From Candidatus Thalassarchaeum betae (GTDB lineage Archaea > Thermoplasmatota > Poseidoniia > Poseidoniales > Thalassarchaeaceae), in contig PSPG01000005.1 of assembly GCA_003193925.1 (NCBI GenBank), forward strand, positions 37,174 through 101,173: DNA of 64,000 bases, read 5' to 3'. The position numbers and the translations under genes are program-made. Shown piece after piece: positions 31,657 through 41,414 of the stretch. The notes beneath the pieces are model-generated. The model ran no database searches, had not been told where the DNA came from, and saw nothing but the letters and a program-made list of their open reading frames with translations. The stretch's first letter is position 1. Every line of letters starts with the position of its first letter.

Positions 31657-32280
31657 TCACTCCTCGACTTCGAGGGGTTCGCTCTCCACTTCTTCCTCCT
31701 CGGAGAATTCGCTGATGGTCAACTGCTCGTCGGGCGCCAGAGAAGCGGCCAATTGAGCGCTTGTCAGACCCATCTTGGCGGCCTCCTTCCTGAACCAGGT
31801 ACGGACCTTGCGATACTCGACTTCGGGGCAACCGAAGTACTCAGCGAAGCGGCGAGTGGTGGTCAGCCGGCGAGTCAGTCCGTCTCGCCGGCGGCCGATC
31901 AGCCCGGTGTTGGCCAAGTCGCGGACGTGGTCGTACGCCCTCTGTCCGAGCATGTCGACCAGCTGGGACTGCGCCATGGGCTGGTGGTAGGCTATCAGGG
32001 CGGCTGCTGGCAGCAGTCGCTGGGGGATGTCAGCCCGGAACGACTCGGGCAGGTGAGGGGAGAGGCTGGGCCGGACCTCGAAGATCCAGCGTCCGGCGAC
32101 CTCCGTCAGCTGAAGGGCGGAGTCGCGGCGCCGACGAATCGTCACTTGCAGGTCCTTCAGGGCGGATTGGACTTCTGCCTGTGGCCTCTCCAGCAACTCA
32201 GCCAGCTCTGCGACCGACATCGAGCGCCCGGCACCGAACAGTATGGCTTCGAGGACGGTGGAGAGGGATGTCTCAGACAC
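31657..32280 (-). CDS. scpB: Segregation and condensation protein B
   Basis: LEAILF, ALIAYHQP, TT.RF.EYFG; lies downstream of scpA. Confidence 0.92.
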   Translation of the reverse strand: MSETSLSTVLEAILFGAGRSMSVAELAELLERPQAEVQSALKDLQVTIRRRRDSALQLTEVAGRWIFEVRPSLSPHLPESFRADIPQRLLPAAALIAYHQPMAQSQLVDMLGQRAYDHVRDLANTGLIGRRRDGLTRRLTTTRRFAEYFGCPEVEYRKVRTWFRKEAAKMGLTSAQLAASLAPDEQLTISEFSEEEEVESEPLEVEE

Positions 32281-33280
32281 CGGTGAATCCCTCCATAACC
32301 GTCGTCTTGGGGTTGAGTCTATCTGTCAGAGCGACGAAGTCGTCCTCATCCTCCCAGAGGTCCTTCAGCATGATTCTTCCATTGCGGCCCTTCTCCTGAG
32401 TGAGGTCTGCGTAGCCGCGGTTCGTCAGGAACAGCGCCGAGACCAGAGCGGTCACTTGAGCCTCCGCCTCCGCCTCGTCATGCTTGACCCCGGCGTCGAT
32501 CGAGTTAGCCATCATCTCCTCTACAAGCGTACTCAGGTCCACAGGCTTGCCCCCTCCCTCTGAACGGGCCCTCAGGGCCTCCCAAGTCCTGCGTAGGTCT
32601 CCCTCGAGATCCTCGGCGTGGAGGCTGCCGCTGAATCTCGTCCTCGCACGAGCGAGGGCCTCGCGGCGCTCCTTGGCGATCTGCTCGCGCAGGCGCTGCT
32701 CCTCTGCCAGCCTGCCTGCGGCTTGGAGGCCCATGAGGAGCTCTCCTAAGGTCACAGGGCGGCTCTCGTCGCGGTGGATCCTGCCCTCGAACATCTGAGG
32801 CAGGACCTCATCAGCAGCCCCGGTGAGGACTCCCACGGAGAAGTTGTAGTCGGCGTCGTCGAAGTCGGTCTCCCAGCCGCCGTCGAAGTCCCAGACCTCC
32901 TCCTCTTCGTAACCGAAGGCTCGCTCCTGGCGCTCCATCAGTGTGAATGCCTGTCCGCGTAGTATGGACCATGCCATCCTGATGAGCCTGCCACAGGTCG
33001 GCAGGTCGATGTTCTCTGACTCCTTGATCCTCTCGTTGAACATCTCGAGGAAGCTCGAGAGGTCGACGTCCCATGGGTCGAGGTCGCTCGATTGGAAGAG
33101 TTGGAAGACCAGTGCCACCGAGCGGTCGAAGGGGTCGATGAGGAACTGGTGCTCGGCCTCCTCGAGAGTCGCGAGTTCCACGAGCCTGTCCAGGTAGCGG
33201 CTCGTCTCGAGGTCGGCCTCTCCGCCGAGCATCCTCACCACTATGTCGTCGCGCAAGGCCCGCCCGTCGAACACAGCCAT
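32273..33280 (-). CDS. scpA: Segregation and condensation protein A (kleisin)
   Basis: LDPWDVDL, RPVTL.EL, C-terminal SALFL...G...LTQE; overlaps the smc stop. Confidence 0.88.
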   Translation of the reverse strand: MAVFDGRALRDDIVVRMLGGEADLETSRYLDRLVELATLEEAEHQFLIDPFDRSVALVFQLFQSSDLDPWDVDLSSFLEMFNERIKESENIDLPTCGRLIRMAWSILRGQAFTLMERQERAFGYEEEEVWDFDGGWETDFDDADYNFSVGVLTGAADEVLPQMFEGRIHRDESRPVTLGELLMGLQAAGRLAEEQRLREQIAKERREALARARTRFSGSLHAEDLEGDLRRTWEALRARSEGGGKPVDLSTLVEEMMANSIDAGVKHDEAEAEAQVTALVSALFLTNRGYADLTQEKGRNGRIMLKDLWEDEDDFVALTDRLNPKTTVMEGFTGV

Positions 33281-36200
33281 CACTCGGCCTCCTTCTGCTC
33301 GGCCTCGGGCTCGGGCTCAGGATCATCCGGAGCCTGTTCGACGGCATCACGCTCGACGATGTCCTCAGTCCAATCCTCGGTTCGCTCACGAAGCGATTCA
33401 ATGGTGCCGCCCTCTGCCTCGATCTCCTCATGCGCATCGCCCTCGGTGACTTCCACTCCGGCCCGCTCGGCCAAGCCACCGAGACTCTTGGGGGCGCCTA
33501 GTGGCTCGGGAGCCCGGGGCATGTCCTCTGGGTCGGGTAGCTCGGGCATCTCTGCTCGCTCTGCCTCGGCCTCGGCCTGAGCCTTTCGCTCCGCCTCGAA
33601 CTCCTCGCTCATCTCAAGGGCTGCTGCCCTGTCGAAGTCGGTGATCAGGCGGCTGCGTCCGTCACCGGCGTGGGTGATCCCAATGTGGTGGTCGGCGAGG
33701 ATCAGGCTGACCTTTCGCAGAGTGACCATCATGAATTGGGCTCGCTGGCTGCGCATCCTGCACAGGGTCGCGATGCGCTCCGCGTTGAACGGGTCGAGGT
33801 TCTGGTCGACCTCGTCTAGGTAGTAGAACGGGCCCGGCTCGTAGTCCTGGATCGCGAAGATGAGAGCGAGGGCGGCCATCGACTTCTCGCCGCCCGAGAG
33901 CTGGCTCCTCCGGGTGTTCTTGCTTTTACCAGGAGGTACGCAGTCCATCTCCAAGCCGCCATCGAAGGGGTTCTTCGGGTTCTCCATACGGAGTTTGCCA
34001 CTGCCGTACGGCTGCAGTATCCCATAGACTCTCGAGAAGTTTTTGTTGACATGATCGAACACCGCCATCAGACGGGTCTTGCGCTCGTCCTCCAGCTGCT
34101 CCGCTATGGATACCAGCTGGTCGCGTCGGTCGCGCAGCAGCTTGCCGTCCTCTACGAGGCCGGCGATTCGCTCTACGGCGGTGTCGTACTGCTCGATGGC
34201 GAGCATGTTGACATCGCCGAGATGACCGAGGCGGCGCTCGAGCCCCTGCACGCTCTTCTCCGCCTCGGCCACAGTCGGCAGTTGCACATCCGGCGATGGG
34301 ATGCCGATCTCAGAGGCCTCTAACTCGGCCACGATCTCATCCACCGCTTCGTGCTTCTGCTGGATTTGTAGGTTCAGATCCTCTATGCGGGCTGTCAGGG
34401 TCTCTCTCTTCTGGGATAGTGTATCCACCGAGGCGCGCAGGCTGGCGCGCTCGTCGACGATCTCGTCTCGTCGCTCCTTGAGCGCGTTCTGCTCCTCGTT
34501 GAACTGGGATACCTGCTCCCCGAGGTCAACCAGTTTTTCCTCGGCTTCGGTGATGGCCTCATCGAGCTTGGTGATGGCTGCCTCAGCCTCGGCGGCGAGT
34601 TCCTTCTTCTTGTCGATCTGGCGCCGGAGGTCCTCCACTCGGTCAGCGAGTATCCTCAGACGCTCGTTGCCGTTGGATATCGCTGACTCGGAGGCGAGTC
34701 TCTCTCGCCCGGCCTCGGTCATGGTGCGCTCGGCATCACGCAGCTTCTGCGACAGGTGGTCGGGCGCGTGCTCCTGTAGGGTCTGTGCGGCCGCGGCCCG
34801 CTCGGACACGGCCTGCTCGTGGGCCTCTCTGGCCTCCTCTGCCTCTGTCCTCGAATCTGTGTGGGCGGACTCGCACCTCCGGAATTCCTTCATCGCCTCG
34901 ACGACCTTCTTGCGAACGTCTGCGACGGTTTTCTGCGCCCGCTCGAGGTCTGCCTTCCAATTGCGCAGGCGCAGGGAGTGGTCGCTGTCGTCGAGGCCGT
35001 GAATCCTATCTCTAAGGGTCTGCTGGTTGGTCCGCAGCTCCCTCAGCGCGGCCTCGACGGTGGAGTAGATCAGGTTGGCTTCTTCGACGGCGGCCTCGAG
35101 CCTGTCCAGGCTGGAGGAGACCGAGCCACCGCCGAAGGCATTGCGGTTGGTCCTGGATGCCGAGCCACCGGTCATGGCGCCCGAGCTCTCGATGACCGAG
35201 CCGTCGAGGGTGACCAGTCGGACACCGCCCATGTTGCGACGGGCGATGCCCATCGACTGGACGAGGAGGGTGTTGCGCCCTGCGTACCTGACCGCAGTCT
35301 CGACCTCTGAGTCGTAGTCGAGAAGGTCGTGGGCGAAGCCGATGACGCCGGGATTGTCGGCGACTATCAGCGAGCGCCCCTGGGGTCGGCTGACTCTGAG
35401 TTTGTTGAGGGGCAGGAAGGTTGCCCTGCCGCCGCCGTTCTTCCTCAGCCAGCCTATGCACTTGGCGGCGACGTCATCATCGGTTACGACGATGCTCCTC
35501 AAGCCGGCTCCGAGTGCGTTGGACAGAGCCCCCTCGTGAGCCGGGTCCCTTGGCGCTGTGAGTTCTCCGAGGGAACCCAGTATGCCATTTATCTCCCCGC
35601 TCTGGCGAAGTCTGGTGAGTGCTGCTAGAGTGACTGCCGAGCCTGGAGTGTTGGCCCGCTCCTCATGGCGGGCACGGGCCTTGTTCAGCTCCCTCTCTGC
35701 GTCTCGGACCTTGATCTCGGAGCGGTCACGGTCCTCGACCAGCGTCGCCTCCTGTCTCTGCAGTCTGCGCAACTCCTCGGCCAGGGAAGCCCGATCCGCC
35801 TCGGGCTCGTCGCTCTGCAGGTCCTCCCCTACAAGTTCGAGGTCGTCACGGACCATCGTGGCCTCCTCGAACTCCGCCTCGAAGTCGGCCAGTTTGGCCG
35901 AGGAGATCTGCGCCGTCTGCTCTGCCCGGTCAGCCTCGAGTCGAGCCTGAGCATGGCTAGCGTGGGCTGCGTCGACTGCCTCGGTGGCCTTACCGAGGAC
36001 GCGCGTCAGATCGCGACCGTGCTTGTCACCGGACTCGATGGCCTCGCGGGCGGCCGCCTCGTCCTCGGCGGCCTGTTTATGTGACTGGATGGCCGCCTCG
36101 AGCGCGCCACTGGCATCTTTGAGGGAGCCTTCGGCGTCTGTGCGTGCCGACTCGGCTCGCTCGAGCTCGTCCCCGAACTCCTCGGCTTCGCCTCCGGCAT

Positions 36201-37188
36201 CCTCGATGATCCTGCGCTGGTCGCCTTTCCTGTCGCCGCCGGTCTCGATCTCGATCTCGTACTGGCGAATCTGCTCCAGCAGTTTCCGGGCCTCGCCGCT
36301 CATGATCTCGTTGATGTCCGAGTCGACCTTGACGAGCTCCTCGTCGAATGCCAGGAGGCCCTTGTTGCCGTCGGTGATCCTCTCGCCGATCTCATCTATC
36401 TCATCGAGGTAGCGCGAGCGCTCCTCGCCCAGCAGTCGTACCTCGTCGAGGCGGTTTCTGTGCCTCGACTGGTGGAGAGTAATCCTAGAGGCGTCCAACT
36501 CGTCCTTCAGCTGCTTGAATTTCAGAGCATGCTCGCGCTCCTTGGCGAGGTCCCTCAGGCGCTTCTTCTGCTCGGCCTCGAACAGGTCGATGGTCCCGAT
36601 GTTATTCTCGACGTGCTTGCGCTGGGTGCTGGCGCGGCGGATCTCGTCGTCGTAAGCGGTGACGCCCGCGACCTCCTCGAGCACGCCGCGCCGCTTGTAC
36701 GGGGTCATCGTAGCGAGTTTCGTGACGTCGCCCTGCTGGACGATGTTGTAGCCTTCTGCGCGCAAGCCTGCTTCGGCCAAGATGCGTCGCATCTCGGTGG
36801 CCGTGGACGGATTGTCGTTGATTCTGTACGAGGAGATGGGGTCGCCCTTCCTACCGAGCCTGACAGAGCGGGTGAAGCTGACCTCGTCGGTGTCGACCAT
36901 CAGCCTCCTGCGACCGTCGAACTCCGGGGTGTTGGAGAAGACGAGAGTGGCGGACATGTGCTTGGCTGGCCTGCCACGCTTGCCGCCGTTGAATATCAAC
37001 TGGGTCACATTGGCGGCCCTGATCGACTTGGTGGACTTGGGTCCGAGCACGAATTGGATGGCATCGAGGGAGTTCGACTTGCCCGATCCGTTGGGCCCGG
37101 TTATGGCCGTGAATCCCTCTTCGAGTGGGATTGTGACTTCGCCTGCGAATGACTTGAAGTTCTCTAGTTCCATTCGCAATAGACGCAT
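33280..37188 (-). CDS. smc: Chromosome segregation protein SMC
   Basis: ENFKSF, GPNGSGKSN, Q-loop VQQGDV, hinge GRATFLPL/GAMTGG, LSGGEKS, LDEVD; acidic C-terminal tail. Confidence 0.98.
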   Translation of the reverse strand: MRLLRMELENFKSFAGEVTIPLEEGFTAITGPNGSGKSNSLDAIQFVLGPKSTKSIRAANVTQLIFNGGKRGRPAKHMSATLVFSNTPEFDGRRRLMVDTDEVSFTRSVRLGRKGDPISSYRINDNPSTATEMRRILAEAGLRAEGYNIVQQGDVTKLATMTPYKRRGVLEEVAGVTAYDDEIRRASTQRKHVENNIGTIDLFEAEQKKRLRDLAKEREHALKFKQLKDELDASRITLHQSRHRNRLDEVRLLGEERSRYLDEIDEIGERITDGNKGLLAFDEELVKVDSDINEIMSGEARKLLEQIRQYEIEIETGGDRKGDQRRIIEDAGGEAEEFGDELERAESARTDAEGSLKDASGALEAAIQSHKQAAEDEAAAREAIESGDKHGRDLTRVLGKATEAVDAAHASHAQARLEADRAEQTAQISSAKLADFEAEFEEATMVRDDLELVGEDLQSDEPEADRASLAEELRRLQRQEATLVEDRDRSEIKVRDAERELNKARARHEERANTPGSAVTLAALTRLRQSGEINGILGSLGELTAPRDPAHEGALSNALGAGLRSIVVTDDDVAAKCIGWLRKNGGGRATFLPLNKLRVSRPQGRSLIVADNPGVIGFAHDLLDYDSEVETAVRYAGRNTLLVQSMGIARRNMGGVRLVTLDGSVIESSGAMTGGSASRTNRNAFGGGSVSSSLDRLEAAVEEANLIYSTVEAALRELRTNQQTLRDRIHGLDDSDHSLRLRNWKADLERAQKTVADVRKKVVEAMKEFRRCESAHTDSRTEAEEAREAHEQAVSERAAAAQTLQEHAPDHLSQKLRDAERTMTEAGRERLASESAISNGNERLRILADRVEDLRRQIDKKKELAAEAEAAITKLDEAITEAEEKLVDLGEQVSQFNEEQNALKERRDEIVDERASLRASVDTLSQKRETLTARIEDLNLQIQQKHEAVDEIVAELEASEIGIPSPDVQLPTVAEAEKSVQGLERRLGHLGDVNMLAIEQYDTAVERIAGLVEDGKLLRDRRDQLVSIAEQLEDERKTRLMAVFDHVNKNFSRVYGILQPYGSGKLRMENPKNPFDGGLEMDCVPPGKSKNTRRSQLSGGEKSMAALALIFAIQDYEPGPFYYLDEVDQNLDPFNAERIATLCRMRSQRAQFMMVTLRKVSLILADHHIGITHAGDGRSRLITDFDRAAALEMSEEFEAERKAQAEAEAERAEMPELPDPEDMPRAPEPLGAPKSLGGLAERAGVEVTEGDAHEEIEAEGGTIESLRERTEDWTEDIVERDAVEQAPDDPEPEPEAEQKEAE

Positions 37189-37321
37189 CCCATCACCCCT
37201 ACGTCGTACGAAACATCGCCGACGTCGTTCACGCGCTCCCTTCCTGTTCGCCTATGAATGTTGAGGCGTCCATAGGCGCAGCACAACGGTTCCGAAAGGG
37301 ACGAAAAATCGCCGTGTCGCC

Positions 37322-38278
37322 TCAGTCAAGGTGGGGCGAAATCTGGATCCCCCTGACGAGAGCGTGTAGCATCGCGTTACGAGGCGTCGGGACGCCCACT
37401 GACTCGCCCTGCGAGACCACCGCTCCGCACAGTTCGTCAATCTCCGTCTTGCGCCCTGCCATCACATCCTGCAGCATCGAACACCGGTTCCCCGCGGTGG
37501 CTCCGGCGACCTGTCTGAGATAGTCCTCGATGACCAGGTCGCCGAGGTCCACCCCACTGGCTTCTGCGACCACAGCCGCCTCCTGCATCGCGGCCAGCGC
37601 CTGCTCCCAAAGATCGGGGACCTCCAGCAGCGCGCCGTTGCGCACGCCGGCAATCGAGCAGACCGGGTTTATCGCGACGTTGACGAGCAACTTGATCCAG
37701 ACGACGCGTTGCATGTCCTCGCTCCACACCGGTGCGAGGCCTGCGGCTTCTAGGGTGGCGAGCAGTTCGGTAGCCGCTCCTGAAGGGGCTCCGCCGTCGA
37801 GCCAGCCGAGCCTGATGGCGCCGCGGCCGGCCCAGTGGACCGAGCCCTCGCCGTCCCTCCACGCAGCGTGGGTGATCGAGCCTCCGAGCACCCTCGAGCG
37901 GCCCAGCCGATGCGCGAGCGCCTCGGCGTGGCCGAGTCCGTTCTGCACACTGATGGCAACCCCCTCGGGCGAGAGGACATCCTCTGCGAGTTGGACGAGC
38001 ACGGGGGTCGAGTCGGCCTTACCGCAGAGTATCGCAGCCGCGCAGGTCCCGTGGATGCTCTCGGGCACCGGTCCTGCGGCGCTGTCGAAGGAGGCGAAGT
38101 CCTCAGGCGGAACGACCTCGATCGAGCCCTCAGGCGTGTGCATCACGAGGCCTATCTCCGAGAGTTCGCTGGCGGTGGTTCCGCGGGCCACTGCCACCAT
38201 CTCGGCGTCGGTGTCGGCCAGGGCTCCCAGCAGGACGCCGCCGATAGAGCCGACGCCGAGAATGGCGATTCGCATCAT
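37322..38278 (-). CDS. panE: 2-dehydropantoate 2-reductase
   Basis: IAILGVGSIG, QNGLG, W.KLLVN.AINP, SMLQD...GRKTEID. Confidence 0.92.
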   Translation of the reverse strand: MMRIAILGVGSIGGVLLGALADTDAEMVAVARGTTASELSEIGLVMHTPEGSIEVVPPEDFASFDSAAGPVPESIHGTCAAAILCGKADSTPVLVQLAEDVLSPEGVAISVQNGLGHAEALAHRLGRSRVLGGSITHAAWRDGEGSVHWAGRGAIRLGWLDGGAPSGAATELLATLEAAGLAPVWSEDMQRVVWIKLLVNVAINPVCSIAGVRNGALLEVPDLWEQALAAMQEAAVVAEASGVDLGDLVIEDYLRQVAGATAGNRCSMLQDVMAGRKTEIDELCGAVVSQGESVGVPTPRNAMLHALVRGIQISPHLD

Positions 38279-40686
38279 GCGCCCTCCATCGTGCGTGCCG
38301 CGAAGTGCAGGGTGATGCCATCCTCGTCGGCGGTCACCCACGCTGCCCACCAAGCGAAAGGCGAGCCGTGTACCGAGGCGTTGGCGGTAACCGAAGCCAT
38401 CGCATCCACTTCAGATGGCGCCCACGCCTCCCAATTGTCCCAAGCGACTGCGTCTCCCGTCCAATCGAGGGCGATGGGCATCGAGGCGTTCTCCCGGTTC
38501 ACGATGCTGAACTCCCCGTTCGGCATCCTCGACGCGAGGGTGCCGGGATCAACCATGACATCCGGCCCCTCGGCCACCCTGAAGGAAGCGAGCATGGCGG
38601 TGCCATCGCAGAGCGCCAGCCAGCCCGACTCGTCGAATCTGAGGTTCCCGTTGCCGGTCTCGCCTGCTGGCATGAGTATCGCGGAGCGGTCTGCGAGGTC
38701 CCTGTTCCAGTCGCCGCTGGCGTTGACCTCGGCAATCACATCAGTGGACGGGCAGAAGGCCGAGCCGGACTCACCACGGGCTATCACGTACTCGGAGTCC
38801 GACTCGAACCACTCGGGAATCCGCCACTCACCATCGGAGACCTGTAGCCTCGGCTGGGTCCCCTCGACGGCCATGAACAGGATGTCGTTGGACATGTTGG
38901 CGCGTGAGAGCGTGATCGTCGGACCTATCCTGCGGAACTGGTCATCCTGCATAGAGAGGGACTGAATGGCCCCCTGGTGGCCTCGCATGCATAGATCATG
39001 CACCCCGGGGCCCAGAGAGGTCTCGTTCTCGAAGGACCAGAACGGATTGTAGTTGCTCAGGTTGACGTAATCACCCTCGACGACCAGAAGCTCGACGCAG
39101 ATCCTCGGAGTATCGGTGTCCTCGACCATCACCCATAGCGGATCGATCGATGTGGTCCTCCCGAGTGGCTGTAGCACGATTCCGTGCTCGGTGACGTGGT
39201 TCGCGATATCGATCAGGATGACCAGTCTGAACGCTTGCAAGGTGCCGTCCTGGTTTCTTGCCAGATTGATGGTGACACTGCCTGGAGAGGCCTGAGTGAC
39301 CTCGTCGAACCTGCACACGCCCCTGTCGTCCAAGCACTCGGAATCAATCTGCCAGCCCCCCGTGGGGGGGCCCTCGATGCGCATCTGCAACCAGCCGGAG
39401 ACCGGCATGATTCCGGCTGGCTCGAGCGCCAGCTCGATCTCGGCCTGTCCGTCTTCGAAATCCATGAACGCTGGCCACGTATCCGTGGACAGGCCCTCGT
39501 CCCAGTCCTCCATCTCGTAGCTGGGCTCGAGGCCTGGGAAACCGAACACCAGTATGACCAGCAGAAGCGAGCCGATCTGCCTCATCGAGATATCGTCGAG
39601 TCCGGCGTACTCGTCGACGACGAAAGGGGACGGCATCTGCTCAGGGCTGAACCTGCGCCAAGCGGCTATGGCGGCCAATAGGAGCCATGGCCAGTACTCG
39701 GTGCTGAGGAAGATCAGGAGAGTGAAAGCGAGGGTGGAGATGAACAGTGAGGTCTGGTTGCTCTCGTGAGTCATGTTTTCCGGGCCGATGAGAGCGTGCA
39801 GTATCCTGTCCCCTGGGAATCCCGGTATAGGCAGCAGCAGGCCCCAACCGACTATGGACAGCCCGATGCCGGCGAGGCCAGTCGGGTGGATCCACTGCAG
39901 TTTCAGAGCCAGGTCGGGCTCGAGCCAGGCTGTGCTGAGGATCTCGATGAGGAAGTTCGTGCCCAGGGCTATCGGAGCTGCTTCGTAGGCCGGCGGCTGA
40001 TTGGCGGTCAGGCTGAGTCCCAACAGAGCCAGTGCGGTGCCACAGACGAACAGGACGGCCGGGACGACAAGTTCGATCAAGCCGAGGGAACGGCGGTCCG
40101 GCACCGGCTGCAGGTCTGGGCGCAACTGGCCGAGCGCGGCTACGAGGGCGAACGGCCAATCGGGGGATAGCAGCGGGAAGGCGAGTGGGATGAGATGCCC
40201 GGAGTCAATCTCGAATCGAGCGGCTAAGAACAGCCGGGCGTAACTCGCAAGCAGCACCGAGCCGATGACGGGCAGCGTGAAGGTGAGCAGGGTCGATTGG
40301 ATGACTGACGAATCCAGCGGGGAGCTGCCCGGTCCCAGATGGGTAGTCCAAAGGGCGCCTACCATGGTCACGAAGCCCGAGACCAGCGCCCAGACCAGCG
40401 CCTGCTGCCATGACGGCAATACCATCGGCAGGATGGGGAGGCGCCCGATGCTCAGCACCGGTGGGTCGCCCTCGTCGAGGACCCCGATCAGGCTCAGTTG
40501 CTTCAGATGGCGGTTCAGCGAGCGCAGGCAGGCGCTCGGCCCTCTGCCGTCCCTGCCGTTGACATGCCACGAGACCTCCAGCAGCCCCTCGTTGCCGAGG
40601 ACGAAGTACCTCGAGCAGATGACCTCGAGCAGTTCTCGCTGGCCCCATGTCTCTTTGTCGAGCAAGTACTCTTCTCCCCCGGACAT
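38275..40686 (-). CDS. Multi-pass membrane protein, degenerate site-2 protease (M50)-like N-terminal region and large extracellular C-terminal region
   Basis: TM layout, HP..AG.G and LLPIPGFPGDRIL resemble M50 NxxPxxxLDG; no HExxH found. Confidence 0.6.
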   Translation of the reverse strand: MSGGEEYLLDKETWGQRELLEVICSRYFVLGNEGLLEVSWHVNGRDGRGPSACLRSLNRHLKQLSLIGVLDEGDPPVLSIGRLPILPMVLPSWQQALVWALVSGFVTMVGALWTTHLGPGSSPLDSSVIQSTLLTFTLPVIGSVLLASYARLFLAARFEIDSGHLIPLAFPLLSPDWPFALVAALGQLRPDLQPVPDRRSLGLIELVVPAVLFVCGTALALLGLSLTANQPPAYEAAPIALGTNFLIEILSTAWLEPDLALKLQWIHPTGLAGIGLSIVGWGLLLPIPGFPGDRILHALIGPENMTHESNQTSLFISTLAFTLLIFLSTEYWPWLLLAAIAAWRRFSPEQMPSPFVVDEYAGLDDISMRQIGSLLLVILVFGFPGLEPSYEMEDWDEGLSTDTWPAFMDFEDGQAEIELALEPAGIMPVSGWLQMRIEGPPTGGWQIDSECLDDRGVCRFDEVTQASPGSVTINLARNQDGTLQAFRLVILIDIANHVTEHGIVLQPLGRTTSIDPLWVMVEDTDTPRICVELLVVEGDYVNLSNYNPFWSFENETSLGPGVHDLCMRGHQGAIQSLSMQDDQFRRIGPTITLSRANMSNDILFMAVEGTQPRLQVSDGEWRIPEWFESDSEYVIARGESGSAFCPSTDVIAEVNASGDWNRDLADRSAILMPAGETGNGNLRFDESGWLALCDGTAMLASFRVAEGPDVMVDPGTLASRMPNGEFSIVNRENASMPIALDWTGDAVAWDNWEAWAPSEVDAMASVTANASVHGSPFAWWAAWVTADEDGITLHFAARTMEGA

Positions 40687-40743
40687 CGTCGCACCGTGGT
40701 ATGCGGCCGGGGGAGGTCCGATTTGACCTCTCGCACGGGCGTG

Positions 40744-40762
40744 CGGCGAACTGCGTTCGCCG
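40744..40762 (-). terminator. GC-rich hairpin immediately after atpD
   Basis: CGGCGAAC-TGC-GTTCGCCG perfect 8-bp stem 2 nt past the stop codon of the atp operon. Confidence 0.4.
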
Positions 40763-40764
40763 AA

Positions 40765-41382
40765 TCACTTGTTCTTGAAGCGCTTCAGACGGAAGGTCTC
40801 CTCGCGCTCCATCTCCTCGAGACGGAGCTGGATGAAGTTGCGAGCCTCCTCCATCTGGGGGATGACCACGTACTCGAGGGCGTTGACCCTGCGCTTGGTC
40901 GCCTCGATCTCGACGAGCAACCGCTTGAGGGTCGCCTCCATCTCCGCGGCCTTGACTATCTTCTCGACCAGGGTGGAATACGCGTCCGAGGCCTCGTCGA
41001 TGTACGCCGAGCCGCCAATCAGGACGGTTTCGCGCTCCTCGATGGTCGTAGTCAGATTGGTCCCAACTACGCTCGGCACGACGACGCCCATGATGTTGCG
41101 GCGGGTAACCGTGACCTCGGGGTGGCGCGAGATGGCGATGGCAGCGCTCTTGACGGCGAGGCCGCCCTCGATGGCGCTGGCAAGGCCGATCGACTGGACT
41201 GCGTCCCGGTAGGTCCCGACGAGTTGCTCCCTGGCTGCGATCATCTCGGATAGCAGGGTCCTGAACTCGTGGAACAGTCCGTCGCGCTTCATCTTCAGCA
41301 GGTTGTACCCGTTCTCGGTCTGCTTGATGCGCCGCTTGAGGTTGATCAGTTCGCTGCGGGTCGGCTTGATGTCGAGTGCCAT
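40765..41382 (-). CDS. atpD: A/V-type ATP synthase subunit D
   Basis: KPTRSEL, LLKMKRDGL, NIMGV.VP, TKRRVNALE. Confidence 0.97.
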   Translation of the reverse strand: MALDIKPTRSELINLKRRIKQTENGYNLLKMKRDGLFHEFRTLLSEMIAAREQLVGTYRDAVQSIGLASAIEGGLAVKSAAIAISRHPEVTVTRRNIMGVVVPSVVGTNLTTTIEERETVLIGGSAYIDEASDAYSTLVEKIVKAAEMEATLKRLLVEIEATKRRVNALEYVVIPQMEEARNFIQLRLEEMEREETFRLKRFKNK

Positions 41383-41414
41383 CTTGTCACCTCATCAGCG
41401 AAAACGCGTTATCC

